A DNA stretch of 64,000 nucleotides from Eledone cirrhosa (taxonomy: Eukaryota), in NCBI GenBank assembly GCA_964016885.1, contig OZ024745.1, positions 60,388,001 to 60,452,000 on the forward strand, given 5' to 3'. The position numbers and the translations under genes were made by a program. Positions 28,323 to 46,479 of this stretch are shown here, piece after piece. Position 1 is the stretch's first letter. Every line of letters starts with the position of its first letter. The notes under the pieces were generated by a model. It was not told the DNA's origin and made no database searches. It worked only from the letters and a program-made list of their open reading frames with translations.

Positions 28323-28833
28323 ATAAACGTGCTGCGGAGTTGCAAATGGGTTACATATGAATAAAGTGGTCCTTCATCAGTGATCTTCCAACCATCATCG
28401 GTATTTCTTCGCTTTAAAGACTATATACCTCCGGTTGGTGCGAGAAACGGCTAAAGAAAGTCGTTGGGACATGTAAATAAAGGGCACAGCGAGAGTGTAA
28501 ACAAACAAAGATGGTGAAGCAACGAAAAGTGAGGAAGAACGAGTCAAGTCCAAAAATTTCTATGAATATAAGTTCGGTGAAATCGTGAACGAGAGAGAAT
28601 AAAGACCATCAAACCTGGTTGAAATGTGAGCAAGGAAGGAATTTATATATATATATACTAGCAGTAAAGCCCGGCGTTGCTCGGGGTCGCTCAGTAGCTG
28701 TGTTAAAGTTACAATGTTAAGTTTCTTTCTTGGCTTAAAAACTGTAGTGTCTACTGTGCAGACTTGCATGTGGTGTTTTTGATTAATATTCCCTCAACCA
28801 ACAATATGCCATATGAAGTTAAGAAAACATAAC

Positions 28834-29013
28834 TGTTTCTACTTTTGGCACAAGGCCAGCAATTACCCAGTGTATTACTGGTACTTTATTTTATCGACCC
28901 CATAAGGATGAAAGGCAAAGTTAACCTCGGCGGGATTTGAACTCAGAATGGCAAGGGCCGTAACTCTATGCGTCAAAGCATGGCGTCCGACCCTCTACCG
29001 ATACTGCCAATCC
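28834..29013 (-). mobile_element. Meta-domain SINE with TSD
   Basis: TSD AAAACATAAC at 28824-28833 / 29014-29023. Confidence 0.88.
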
Positions 29014-29152
29014 AAAACATAACGATAACCCGAATGTTATAACAAAAGAGGATGCTGGGGATAGAAACTGCACTGGTTATTTATTAACAAAGATCGAAAA
29101 TGTAAACACTGCAACGCAGAGAAAAACATTAGCGTAACCAAATTATCAGTTA

Positions 29153-29354
29153 TGTCTGTCTGCACGCCTATATCACCTCTCTGCACGACTGTCTGTCTGC
29201 ACGCCTATATCACCTCTCTGCACGACTGTCTGTCTGCACGCCTATATCACCTCTCTGCACGACTGTCTGTCTGCACGCCTATATCACCTCTCTGCACGAC
29301 TATCTGTCTGCACGCGTATATCACCTCTCTGCACGACTGTCTGTCTGCACGCCT
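29153..29354. repeat. 37-bp minisatellite, ~5.5 copies
   Basis: Unit TGTCTGTCTGCACGCCTATATCACCTCTCTGCACGAC; no unique spacers. Confidence 0.95.
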
Positions 29355-30386
29355 AACGACGAAATATTTGCTTGTTTTACGTAGTCTTTAAATAGGCTTG
29401 TTTTCAAGTAAAAATATTGTTTTAAAATGCTTTTAAATGGAAATGAAGCAAAACGGAAGCTTAGTGTTCGAACTGATGAATTTTGCAGGTCAATATTTTG
29501 CTGGCTCGACAACTGTTAAAGCCAGCGTAATTTTTTACGTAAGACGCTCAATGTAAACAGAACAAAGGGAAATAACTGATCACTTACGCTCAAAAATCGA
29601 TACATTATATTCGATTTCGTCACATAGGGTGGGTCAATTTGAAATTTTTTTTTTCCGATGTCTTCGCTAGGGCTCAATGTACAAGTATAGCAATTTCGGT
29701 GCAATTCCGTGAGAGATTCTAAGAGGAGATGTGTGCCAAAAATCGATAGACAGACAGACAACCACAGTTTTATATATATAGATATATATATATAGATATA
29801 TATATATATATATGGAAGAGATCGGCTATGTTCAGACCTGGAAATGGTATGGTCTACGTCAGGTTTAAAATCTCCATGACACACCGTATGTCACAACGGC
29901 GTCCCTATGACTTCATTATGAGTTACATTCTATCAGTTATTATAAATGGAAAACTAGTAAATTAATCATAAAAAAATACTTTTGAGAAGCTGTTTTATAC
30001 AAAACAGGTCAAGGACAAAAGTACAAAAACTATTTCTTTTGATGTAATTTTTTTCTCGTTGTGTTCTATACACGTGACATGTTCATTAAATAAAAACACA
30101 TTAGGTGCTTTTTTCAAATCTTTATAATTTTTCCTATATATATATAAACAATAATTTTTTATCAGTTTTTATCATTTATTTTGTTTGACCTGTTTAGCTT
30201 GATTTGTTTCTTTGGCTTAGGTGGTTAATGCCTTCTTAACCACTTTTTCAGTTTGTATGCCGTTTTAACTTATTGTTTAGCTCTAGTTTTTTAACTATTG
30301 AGCGCTTACCAGCATTTCTACGATTTTGCGTTTCGTTTCGCTTTTTCTACCAGCCAAAATACGATTCTCGCTGAATTATATTTATA

Positions 30387-30430
<44 letters not shown>

Positions 30431-30488
30431 ATATATATATATATATATATATATAGTTAAAAGAATAGAGGTGTAACACACAAGTTAT

Positions 30489-34355
<3,867 letters not shown>

Positions 34356-35086
34356 ATGTGTGTGTGTGTGTGTCTTATGTTCGTATTGTGTATTTATATG
34401 TTTGTGTATGTGTGTGTTCGAGCGAGCGAGCGCACGTGTGCGTGATAAGAAATATTTCTCGATTTTGCCCTGAATGAAAAAAAAAGTGTAAGAGGTATTG
34501 TAACAGTGATACTTTCTACATCCCTTTACTTTTCTCATGAATCTCATGAACACCCTTGATCATAAATGAAGTTATTGCTTGCTCCTGTACGAGTCAACTC
34601 CAGCAACGGTAACAATAACTTCGACAATGACGACAACGAAGATGACTAGTGCTACAAATGGCATTACACGATGTTAGGAAATTATATGTTCCACCATTGT
34701 CCTGTATGACTCCGTCACATATAAATTCCAACGTCAATTTCGGGATCTATATCATATGACTATTAAGAGAAATATTCAAAGGTTAGTGTCAGTCCAACTG
34801 ATGTACATGATGAGTCACCAACTCAGACAGTTTGAGTCAACGATATCTTCAACAGACTACTCATAATACATAATGCTAGGAAAAGAAGACATTTCTAAGG
34901 CCCCATTTTCGTTGTTTCCTTTCCTTAACCCAACCACAACCACTTCAATTGTCACAAAGGGTTTTTAAAGCATCTTAAATATATTTTTCCATGTTAGTCA
35001 TTTGTCGATCGTTGTATACTTCTCTGCACGCATCTGTCTATCTATCTTTCTGTCTATCTATATCTATATATATATATATATGTGTG

Positions 35087-35128
<42 letters not shown>

Positions 35129-35312
35129 AACAGAGAGATAGATAGACATATGCGTGCACCCCCCACCTCCACCCACACTCTCAATAAGCATGAACCTAAT
35201 ACCTTTCGTAGCTTTTACTCCTGTGTTGTTGTTTTTTACTTTCCCATATATATATATATATATATAGATACAATTAGATATGTATATGTGTGTGTATACA
35301 TATACGTATATA

Positions 35313-35357
<45 letters not shown>

Positions 35358-35521
35358 CCAAAAGTTAAACAAGGTTCATTGATTAATCAATGAATATAGT
35401 TTTACAATAGATTAGAAGCACTCAACAGTGAAGTTTTCTGGAGTTATTAATATTAATTCAAAATATTAATAAATACTGGAATTGAACCATCAGCAGAGTT
35501 GAGGTATGTCAGACATCAATT

Positions 35522-35584
35522 TATTTTATCTGATGAGGACGTACTGAGGAAACAGCACAGTACCTCTGAAATATATATAAAATA
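35522..35584 (+). ncRNA. Type-I hammerhead motif in fold-back element (35355-35634)
   Basis: TATTTTAT-CTGATGA(35530)-GTACTG/CAGTAC-GAAA(35568)-TATAT-ATAAAATA; register at the cleavage site is imperfect. 28-bp IR 35448-35475 / 35607-35634. Confidence 0.7.
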
Positions 35585-35944
35585 TATTTGATCACATGAA
35601 TGTCTATATTTATTAATATTTTGAATTAATATTATATATATATATTCTTTCTATTGTCCCCAACGACTTGGCCCTTGTGACTAATAAAAGAAATAATTAT
35701 TATTGGCTCTGGCTCTCTACTCTGTGTTAATATCCTACTGATAACAATTTTGTCTTTCATCTTTCCGGGGTCGACAAAATAAAGTACCAGTAATGCACTG
35801 GGGATCAATGTAATCGTCTAACCTCACTCTTTAAATTACAGGCATGATGGTGATGAAAGTTATCAGGCTGCAGCTGTCGTATTACGCAATTTATATACCA
35901 CACACACACATACATACATACATATAAATATATACATATATATA

Positions 35945-36133
<189 letters not shown>

Positions 36134-36135
<2 letters not shown>

Positions 36136-36780
36136 TTCCAAACTGTTAAAAAATTCAATGGAATAATCAACAGCTTCATTCTCGTCGACAACTTTGTCGA
36201 TAGATATGTAGGTCTGGCTACCTCCAGGGATCATTTGTGAGAGATTTTTGTCGATGGCATTCACTGCGATGTTTTGTCTTTTTTTTTGGGGGGGGGGGTC
36301 TTTTTGGGGGGTAGGGGCAGGATTGCTCTTTCATTCCTCGTTGGAATGGTGGATTTCAAAATTGGGGAGCACTTGATTAATTAAGCTACCAACGCTTTCC
36401 ATAACAGTTCAAAAATGTTGTCACCATGAGGTTGTGCCTGCATGTTGGTTCTTAAACTGAGTTTGGTGATACTTGGTCATAAAGTTGACGATTTTAGGCA
36501 AGCTTGAACTTCATTGGCGCGAGTCCCCTTTGATACCACAGTGCTGTCTAGAAACCCGAAAAAATCGGATACATGGAACGTAAAAGCTGTTGACAAAGAG
36601 ATTCCCGTTCCATCAAAAGATGCATCACTGACTTTCATATTTGCATATATATTATGCAGCTTGGAATTTATCTCTCCGGAATCCCAGAAACCTATCGAGG
36701 ATTTTTTATAGATTTTTATCGATTCATGTCCACTCAAGATGGTTCAATCATTGTATTGGGGTGCACAAAAACAATGATAA
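36134..36780 (-). pseudogene. Helitron PIF1-like helicase remnant
   Basis: VVSKGTRANEVQACLKSSTL*..LSLRTNM and NIAVNAIDKNLSQMIPGGSQTYISIDKVVDENEAVDYSIEFFNSLEP. Confidence 0.8.
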
Positions 36781-37145
36781 ATGAAGAGAAATATCGTACT
36801 TCGACTGAACCTATTTCTCCCACCAACGTGGCTGCTCAATCTGCTAGAAATAGCTATCAAATCTCTTTTAGTTCACTTCTTACTGTCTAAAAACAGAACA
36901 CTTTACATAATATAGTTCTAGTCCTATATACTCCTAAAAGGACGGCTAGAATAGCTGAGATCATAGAAAAGATGAAGCGAAGAAGAAACAAAGAAACAAA
37001 AAAGAGGAAGAAAGAAGAATAAAGAAAGATGAAAGAAAAGAAGCTTTACAGAAAAATGTTTAGGAACACAAATGAGAAGGACTGAATATAGAGGGATTCG
37101 CACACATACATACACACACACACACACACAGACACACACACACAT

Positions 37146-37214
<69 letters not shown>

Positions 37215-37221
37215 TACATAC

Positions 37222-37533
37222 ATGGTGGCTGCCAACTCGTTTTCGAGTACGGCCACTACTTTATAGCCATGTAGGAGAACCCCTAGCGATGCGCTGAACG
37301 AGTGTGACGACAAGTGCAGAGAGATCTCCAGATATAAAGCAATGCCTGTGCCGTGAAGCTTTTATAGTGAGCAAAGGCACTGCACAAAGCCAGTCCCACT
37401 CTCTTAACCAAGATGATATTTACCAAAAAGAAGAACAAGTCAACATCATTGGATACCATCAGGGTTGCAGGTGTTATATCAGAGTTTTCCTTCTCCTAGA
37501 ATTCTGCCTTGACAAAGGCTAAGGGGTCATCTC
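37222..37533 (-). mobile_element. Family C copy, internally deleted
   Basis: High similarity to 13935-14332. Confidence 0.8.
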
Positions 37534-37995
37534 TACATACATGCACATACACAAATTTCATGTAAAGCTGCACTCCGACGCAAAACAAACATTATCGATA
37601 TCAACTTTAAAATACAATTCTTTTTCAGCTGTGTGAGCTGGAGCGACGAGAAATGAAGTGATTTGCTCAAGAACACAATACACCACACGGTCCACATATC
37701 AAACCCACGACACTATGATCGTAAATCCAACACCCTAACCACTAAGACACGCTCCTTCACCGGCCCGACTACATAGACATATATACATTAGTTCCACCAC
37801 TCTAGCCATCAAATGTTACATAAATGCTATGTACAGGACCAGAATGTTATTAATCTCTTACTTTTGGCGGGGGGGGGGGGCATAAAATGTGTACCATGTG
37901 ATAGAGATGACATAATAGTATATTAAATATCAAATGATACATACTATATATAAATATAGTAAAATAAAAAATATATAATATTGTGGTGCTTTATA

Positions 37996-38096
37996 CAGGG
38001 TGACTGCAAAAAATGTAAACACACTTTGATTATCTGTACAAGCAATATTTATTAGAATGCTGTTGACGTGTATATACATTTTTGGAGGACACCCTG
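37996..38096. mobile_element. Tc1/mariner-type MITE
   Basis: TA-CAGGGTG...CACCCTG-TA with ~28-bp imperfect TIRs. Confidence 0.75.
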
Positions 38097-38189
38097 TATA
38101 TGTTTACACATAATTTTGTTTTCTTCACTGTCTTCAACGTGTGTTGCCAATATTGTAGAAGTGTTACGTATATTTCCTAGTAACTATAT

Positions 38190-38732
38190 TATTCGTGTCA
38201 GTGACTTCGATCTTTTTATATGGATATGAGTGCTAGACTCTTACAGCCTACATGGAGCGAAGAATCCAGGGATTCGAGCACAAGTGTTTTAGATGGCCGC
38301 TATGCATCACATACAGAGAGGACAAAATAAACATCTTTGTCAGGCAACAAGTTATCAAATACAATGGCAGAATGGAATCACTCCTTGCGATAGTTAAAAA
38401 GACGGAAGCTCGCCTTGCAAGGTTATGCATCCTGTCACGACACCCTGTTTAAAAACATCGTTCAGGGCACTGATGGCGGAAGAAGGGGGGGGGGGGGGGG
38501 GGGACAAAGAAAAAAGAAAATTTTGGTCCGATAATATAAATAACTGGACATGAGGGAGGATAGAGACCAATGGCGATGACTGAGTGCGAAAACCTCTTGA
38601 ACGGCACCCTAACGACTGTCTACACAAGTTGCAGGAACTTCATGATGATGATGATGATGATGATAGTGATGATGGTGATAGTGATGATGATGATGATAGT
38701 GATGATGATAGTAATGATAATGATGATGATGA
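38190..38732 (+). pseudogene. RTE-type LINE 3' remnant with (GAT)n tail
   Basis: LYGYEC*TLTAYMERRIQGFEHKCFRWPLCITYREDKIN; (GAT)n at 38642-38732. Confidence 0.7.
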
Positions 38733-39585
38733 TTTACTCTCAGTTACTCCGGGTACTCATTTTCAGCTGAATGGACTGGAGCAGCGGGAAATGAAGTGTT
38801 TTGCTCAAAAATACAACACACCATGCAGTCCAGGAATCGAACCCGCGACATTATGATCGTAAGTCCAACACCCTAACCACTAGGCCACATGCCTTCAAAG
38901 CTGGTTATACAATAGTCATATTAGGGATCACATAGAAAGGAGACGATTTTAAGATCTGTTAGATATGCTTTGAAAAAATAGTAGATTAAATCGATCCAAG
39001 ATTATTAATAATCCTTATTGATTTTGGAGTAATAAAAACCGCGCCTCTCATACAGATTTAAACTGAAATAAATTTAAACTCAGAACGTATAAAAAAAAAA
39101 AACCAAGTATTGTAGGGTATTGATAATGATAATGTACTGCTTCTGCCAACTCAACAACTTAAAAGTAATTCAAAATATCTACGATCTGTCGACAAGTGGT
39201 GGTAATTAAGGTTTAGATGTCGCAAAATTTCCCATCCTGTAATATTTTGGTATTCAGACGGACTGAATGCTTTATCTGATATCAAGAGTCGTGACATTTC
39301 TGCAAACACTTAAACCTGTTTTTTTTTTGTTTTTGTTTTTTTTTTTTAATAGTGTAATTTAGAAGACAAATGAAGAATTAAGTTATTTAAGCTCTATATA
39401 TAAATTCCCACTTCTGTCATTATTTCATTTCTTTCTCTCCCTCTCTCTCTCTTTCTCTATCTATCAACGGTCCTCGGCCAACGTCTAGCTCACTCAATGA
39501 ATCTGCCAAAATTGCAGTAATGCAATCAGCTGTTCAGAGTGCACACACATTTTAGTAAATAGCAGTTACGGTGGGTGTGTTTTGG

Positions 39586-39699
<114 letters not shown>

Positions 39700-41172
39700 A
39701 GAGAGAGAGTGATGTATCTATCTCTCTATATATATGAACACTTCCAGCCGATGATTTCTATTTGCTTAATTGGTGTGATTTGTGGCTAGCGGAAAAATAA
39801 ATGTACTAAACTTGTAAATGTTATCAATTACTTCATAGGGGTGGATTTGGCATACTTAGGGAAGGAGTGTCTTTCTATGGCACTCTGGACTCAGCAAAAA
39901 GACCTCATTTATATTGTCGTGTTATTGCCCATTATCGTTGGTATGAGCTGTAGAGGATCGAGATGTGCTGTCAGAAGCCTTCTTTGGATATTATCAGGGA
40001 AAGTTTTAGTTCATGTGTCACAATGGATGACATAAATGTGAATGTCACTTGTAAAACTTGTTCAATGATTGACGGCAAGATGGTATCTCTTCTTCATTCT
40101 GTCATTTATGCCATGCCACATGAGCTGATGTAAATGACACTTCATTAATATCTGATGGATTCCAGATAAAGGATTATAATTCCTGTAAGGCAGCATGGGA
40201 AAACTGGTTGCTGGCGAGATATCATATTCTAGCAGTGAAAGGCAGGGTCAGTACCATGGAACCATATAAAAGCAGATTTCCATTATTTCTCAGTCCTTCA
40301 CTTCAAAATAAGATCATAAGACTATTTTACTCAAAAGATTTTGTATCACTTGGTTGCCAGCCAAAAAGTATGAAGGTTGAAATCTATTGCGGTTTAATCA
40401 GCATGCCAAACAACAGTGCATTGACCATATCAGGTGAACCACTGGAGTGCTAATGGACTCACCCAATGGTGAGTGTATATGTTCTCATTTTGAACCAGGA
40501 AGACAAGGACAATTATGAAATATTCTTGCCTCTGACCAATGTTATGCTTCATGTCACACACACAATCAGTAAACGAAAAGAAAGTAAGGTCTGACAGACT
40601 GAAGGCACTTGGGATAGATTTAATGTTACACCTAAAAAACTCATTTCTTGATGAGAGGGGCTTTTCGTGAGTGGTTATAAGTCCATCAGATGTATGTTCG
40701 CTCTGGGAACTTTATGAATGGAATGGTGGACAGTCATTTGCAAAATTGAAAGCTGCAAGATCTTGCCAGCTTTCAGTAAAAGATAACATTCATATCATCT
40801 TCCGAAAGATTCTTATAATGTCTCATCAGGAAATTTCATCAAAATCACCTCACCCAATTCGCTCCATTTGTGGAGAAGTAGACACACTGTTCAATCACTC
40901 AAACATAAGAATATTTCAGTTGCAACGCAAGAGGGAAGTAAATTTGCCTCCATATATTTTACATAGACATTGAGTATACTGAGTATTGAACTTGTGGAGC
41001 ACTAGAATATATATATATATATGTATGTATATTTAAAATATATATATATATATATATTAAATATATTTAAAATATATAGATTGGCGAAAACAGAAAAACG
41101 AACAAATAGTCCCCTCTCATCAGTCGATTGCTAGAGATACATTGTTTCTATATATATACATGTGTGTGTGTG

Positions 41173-41462
41173 CAGAGGCCTCGTTTGCCTTAAAAATGTG
41201 AGGGGGGCAAACCAACATTTGTTAATTCTTAAAGGAACATGTTAGTATTGCTTATGGTGCCTTTCCCGGACCCTATCACATAAGTAAAATTTTACGCTAA
41301 TTAAATTTTATATATTCAAATGAAGTTCAGATATAAAAAAAAATAAGCTTAAAAAGAATTTATTATATCAAATAAACAAAAAATAAAATATAAACATTTG
41401 AAAAAGTGGATGGAGGGGGTGGGGACACATGTCCCCTGGTACCCCCTGAAACAAGGCCCTTG
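41173..41462. mobile_element. hAT-like MITE in (TG)n
   Basis: Imperfect TIR CAGAGGCCTCGTTT / AAACAAGGCCCTTG, flanked by TGTGTGTG. Confidence 0.55.
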
Positions 41463-41736
41463 TGTGTGTGTGGGGGGGGGGCAACCATGTAAATTCTCAT
41501 ATCTGAAGCAGTGTCGGGATCCGATCACATGATCACATCCGAGCTGATCGATATGGAAACAAATTGTAATATGTAATAAAGTTTACAAATAGTTGCAATT
41601 CTTATTGTCACTTTATATATATATATGTGTGTGTGTGTGTGTGCGCGTATATATATATATGTAGGAGGTGAGTTTTATTGTAGCTTAATAAAGCAACTGC
41701 TCGCAAGTGTTTTTTAAGCTTCATATCATGTCTCCC

Positions 41737-41807
41737 TATTTTATCTGATGAGAACGCAAATATCATCCCATGATGATGTTTGTTTTTGAAATGCGCATAA
41801 TAAAATA
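41737..41807 (+). ncRNA. Minimal type-I hammerhead ribozyme
   Basis: TATTTTAT-CTGATGA(41745)-GCAAATATCATC/GATGATGTTTGT-GAAA(41788)-TGCGCA-TA-ATAAAATA. Perfect 8-bp stem I; inside a TA-flanked ~180-bp unit. Confidence 0.88.
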
Positions 41808-41836
41808 CTTTAGAACTCTTTTAACCATCTTTTGAT

Positions 41837-41885
<49 letters not shown>

Positions 41886-42109
41886 GTATATATATACGTA
41901 ATCTGGAGCACCAACATGTTTTTAGTAAAAGTTACAACCATATGTTTAATAAGCATATATTTAGCCTTGTTGTAAACTTTGACGTCATAGCTAAAGCTTG
42001 GAGATCTGAAGAATTACGAGTGACAATCAGGTAGGCTACTTTAGACATTCATTTAAAGAATAGACAAGATTGAATCCTTTCTGGCTGCTGAAAAACCCAC
42101 CAGAAAATA

Positions 42110-42525
42110 TTGGCAGAGCGTCAGACGACATGCTTTGCATCATATAGTTACGTCCCTTTACGTTCTGATTTCAAATCCCGCCGAGATTAGCTTAGCCTTT
42201 CATCCTTACGGGGGTCGATAAAATAAAGTACCAGTAATGTACTGGGATCGATTTAATCAACTTTCCTTTTCCCCTCAATATTGTTGGCCTCGTACTTAAA
42301 TCAGAAACCATTATATAACGGTTTCTAATCTTGGCACAAGGCCATCAATTTTGAGGGGAGGGGAAAGGTCGGCCCAATATTTGACTAGTATTTTATATTA
42401 TTGACGCCAGAAATATGAAAGGCAAAGTTGACCTCGGAGAGATTTGAACTCAGAATGTAAGGAGCCAGAATAAATACAGCCACGTATTTGTTCGACGCTC
42501 GAACGAATTTGCCAATCCACCGCCC
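42110..42525. mobile_element. Tail-to-tail pair of Meta-domain SINEs
   Basis: Plus copy ~42110-42312; minus copy ~42320-42525. Confidence 0.7.
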
Positions 42526-42978
42526 TAAATTTGAAATTTATAACGGTAGTCTTTGTTAACAGCGAGGCTAAATACATATTTCTTAAACATACAGTTACAA
42601 CTCTGTTTACACACCACCTCCTCTCTCTCTCTCTCTCTCTCTCTTATATATATATATATATATGTAGACGTACATACATATATGTATACAGACGTACAGT
42701 AGTATGTATATATATATACATACATGCACACATATATATATATATGTACGTATGGATTCACCGAACATTTATTATAATGTTCGGTGTGTTTGTAAACAAA
42801 CATCCCGTATTAAGCCGTAGTGTCCAGCAACCATCGTTGCTCGTTTGTTCAACACTATACTACTGTACGTCTGTATACATATATGTATGTACGTATACAT
42901 ACTTATATTTAAGTAAAAAGCCGTACTAAGAGTGGGAAATGAAATTTCGTTTCATTTTTTCCGTTTATATATATATAT

Positions 42979-43128
42979 AGGTAAGTTATTCCGGGTTGAA
43001 TCGGAGGTAACCACAGTAAGTAAGGTACTCAATACATAGCAGAGTATAAAAGTTTTAATATAGATGAGATTCTACAGGACAAGAATGAAACAGTTCTAGT
43101 CCTGTAGAATCTCATCTATATTAAAACT
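42979..43128. mobile_element. Fold-back family B copy
   Basis: Homologous to 4343-4515; retains GAAT-GAAA-CAG..CTG-TA; IR ~43051-43080 / 43099-43128. Confidence 0.75.
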
Positions 43129-43148
43129 ATATATATATATATATGTTA

Positions 43149-43350
43149 AGGCGTGTGGCTGAGTGGTTAGAGAATTGGATTCGCAATCGTAAGGTTGTGA
43201 GTTCGATTCCTGGATCAGGCGATGCGTTATGTCATTGAGCAAGACACTTTATTTCACGTTGCTTCTTCTACCTGGAGTTGCGACCGATAGATAGTATTAG
43301 CAATTGGAAAGACCAATGGAAACATTGTTTCCTCGGTCCGATTTGACGAA
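43149..43350 (+). mobile_element. CORE-type tRNA SINE
   Basis: A-box GTGGCTGAGTGG, B-box GTTCGATTCC, core TTGAGCAAGACACTTTATTTCAC. Confidence 0.8.
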
Positions 43351-43482
43351 AGTCGATCGATTAGAAAAAATATATATATATATAAGCAAAGGGATATTTA
43401 ATTTGTTGGTAATTCAACAGGTAAAACTTAAACCGTTAAGATCTCGTTCCTGGATATGTCAATATTTATAGAACAAACTTTG

Positions 43483-43543
43483 TATTTTATCTGATGAGAG
43501 CGTACCAAAGTTTTGGTACCCTTGACATATATATAATAGAATA
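43483..43543 (+). ncRNA. Hammerhead motif with GAAA>GACA substitution
   Basis: CTGATGA(43491); same family as 5061-5117. Confidence 0.7.
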
Positions 43544-43635
43544 AATATGGTTTTATAAATATAGTTTCCATTTATTAATATCATTGATATATATATATGT
43601 GTGTGTATATATATGTGTGTGTGTGTGTCTATGTG

Positions 43636-43666
<31 letters not shown>

Positions 43667-43667
43667 C

Positions 43668-43739
<72 letters not shown>

Positions 43740-44164
43740 CATATATATATATGTGTGTGTGTAAGTATGTGTGTATACACACACACACTTACACACACGC
43801 ACGCACACACATATATATGTGTGTATGTGTGTGTCTATGTATATATATGTGTGTGTGTGTATGTATGTATATATACATATATATATGTCTGTGTGTGTGT
43901 ATATATATATAGACACACACTTACACACACACATATACACATACACACACATATATATGTGTGTGTGTGTGTTAGATAAAATCGACATTTACAGATTGGT
44001 AATAATATTTTGATTCGCTTAGCACTTCAAAATGTTGCGTTAAACGAAATTACACATTAATACATTTTAAATGTCAATTTTGCCTATTAATAAGCATTCA
44101 TTACATCAATGGTTTGTAGTGAGTATTTGACAGAGAATGTGTTTATTATTAAATGAAATACAAG

Positions 44165-44582
44165 GGTGGTGGATTGGCAGTATCGGTAGAGCGTCGGACA
44201 ACATGATTTTACGTTCCTGTATATTCTGTGTTCAAATCCCGCCAAGGTTATCTTTGCCTTTCAACCTTACGGGGTCGATAAAATAAAGTACCAGTAATGC
44301 ACTGGAGTCGCTATATCGACCCCCCCCCCGCCCCCTCTATCCTTCAAATTACTGACCTTGTGTCTAAAGTAGAAACAATTGTTTAATGAGATACAAGGAT
44401 AGTGGATCGGACAACATGATTTTACGTCCCTTTATGTTCTGAGTTCAAATCCCGCCGAGATTGGCTTTGCCTTTCATTCTTACGTGGTCGATAAAATAAA
44501 GTACCAGTAATGATTTAATCCACTCTCCACCACCCCATCCACCCCTAGAATTGTTGACCTTGTGTCTTAATCAGAAACCATT
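44165..44582 (+). mobile_element. Two tandem Meta-domain SINEs
   Basis: Two GGTCGATAAAATAAAGTACCAG cores. Confidence 0.75.
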
Positions 44583-44912
44583 ACTTAATGAAATAATTAT
44601 GGCTGAGTTTTGTCAGCTATTTTACACGCACACATACTTTCATGTTCACTGTTGTTCGATTTATTGTTAGTGTCAAGAACCGTTTTGGCACTCATCTATG
44701 AGTGGTTAATTGATACAATTCCACTGAATGACATCGATTGGAAATCAATCACCCACCTGTTTTATGGGTCTTTGGGACTTGTTTTCTTTCCCTTGTTTAT
44801 TTTCTAAGAATTACTTTTTAATCTTTTACATGTTTCTTTAAGTATAAGAATAGTCAGTTTTATATGTAAATCAATTTTTTGGCGAGGCTTTTGGTCTTTC
44901 AACGGAGATCTT

Positions 44913-45039
44913 CTTGCTAGGATATATCTAAGATATATGCTTGCTGGGGTGTATCTAAGGTATCTGCTTGCTAGGGTATATCTAAGAAATATGCTTGCTG
45001 GGGTGTATCTAAGGTATCTGCTTGCTACGGTATATCTAA
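44913..45039. repeat. 27-bp minisatellite, ~5 copies
   Basis: CTTGCTRGGGTRTATCTAAGGTATCTG-like units. Confidence 0.85.
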
Positions 45040-45474
45040 ATTATTTACTCTAAATTCTTTACTTTAGTGTATTTGTATTTATGTGTGAGAATGAGATGTT
45101 TTTGTTTGTTTGTGTATGTGTGAGGTGGGGGGGGGGGGGGTTTAATTAATGTCACTGTTTTATTTACATTTACTTTATTCTCTACGAAAGATATCCTTTC
45201 TTTCCAGCACCCCACACTTCCCGCATACGATTGGGGTTAAAATGTAACACATGGCGTCACCCATCTCTTTCAACCGTGAGAGAACATCAGTTTTACGTCA
45301 CTCTGATCTCAATCAGGCGAATGAGAGCAGCCTGTGACCAACGTATAGAAGAAGAAGAAGAAGAAGAAGAAGAAGAAGAAGAAGAAGAAGAAGATCTATA
45401 CATTATATATATACATACATACACACATACATACATGAATGCTTACAAGCATACATACATGCATACATACATAC

Positions 45475-45538
<64 letters not shown>

Positions 45539-45762
45539 CCACGTACAACTTTGCCCGAGAAGCGACATCTGAGATTTATTGCAACTTGTTTGCTCAATCA
45601 TTTACTTACATTCTCCTATGCAATCGATTACACTTGATTGATCTCTCTAATCGATATTTTGCCAATCGCTATTACACAGTAGCTAACATAAAGCTTCTGC
45701 ATGCCACCAGCACACAAATTATATTGCAGTCTGCGTTCTTCCCTTATGCAGCTGTTTATCAT

Positions 45763-45945
45763 TGGATTGGCAGTATAGGTAGAGAGTCGGACACCATGCT
45801 TTGAAGCACAGAGTTACGTCTCTTTATGATCTGAGTTCAAATCCCGCCGTGGTTAACTTTGCTTTTCATCCTTACGGGGTCGATAAAATAAAGTACCAGT
45901 AATGCACTGGTTTATTTCTGGCCTTGTGCCAAAAGTAGAAACAAT
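45763..45945 (+). mobile_element. Meta-domain SINE
   Basis: Matches 23024-23213. Confidence 0.8.
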
Positions 45946-46045
45946 TATATTATTATATTAGTAGCTTACAGGTATGGACTGATATGTGGATGCGCTCCTA
46001 TACAGGTGTATATGCACATATCTGAAGGTCTTTAAATATTATACA

Positions 46046-46111
<66 letters not shown>

Positions 46112-46232
46112 TGTGTTCATTTGTTTTTGTGTGAGCGCTGTGTATGTGTATATATATTTATTTGAGCGTCTTTCCAAACTAGTATATGTTTAGACAATAA
46201 ATCTATCTATATATCTATCTATCTGTTTGTCT

Positions 46233-46342
46233 AATTTTTTAAATTGCATTTGTGATAACATTTTACACGTTTTTATTGTATGTAAACTTCCCTCTTTGTA
46301 TTTGTCCCCTTCTTTTGTGCCCCTGTGGCTAATAAAGAAACA
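46233..46342 (+). mobile_element. Tx1 3'-end insertion with 17-bp TSD
   Basis: Nearly identical to 10490-10598; TSD TATCTATCTGTTTGTCT at 46216-46232 / 46343-46359. Confidence 0.9.
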
Positions 46343-46402
46343 TATCTATCTGTTTGTCTGTCTATCTACCTCTCTGTCTATCAAGCCAGTATATATTTAG
46401 AC

Positions 46403-46471
<69 letters not shown>

Positions 46472-46479
<8 letters not shown>

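Larger units (their letters stand above)
28658..29782 (-). mobile_element. Non-autonomous Helitron
   Basis: Minus strand starts A|TC at 29782 and ends with hairpin CCCGAGCAACGCCGGG then CTAG|T at 28658. Contains a SINE and a minisatellite. Confidence 0.8.

Noticed and set aside
29153-29354. 37-bp repeats resembling a CRISPR array
   Set aside because: Head-to-tail with no spacers, inside a Helitron in eukaryotic DNA.
39790-40980. Higher-complexity stretch possibly from a gene or transposase
   Set aside because: No sustained ORF or motif could be recognised; BLASTX is needed.
43149-43225. tRNA-like sequence
   Set aside because: SINE head continuing into a CORE body; no complete cloverleaf.
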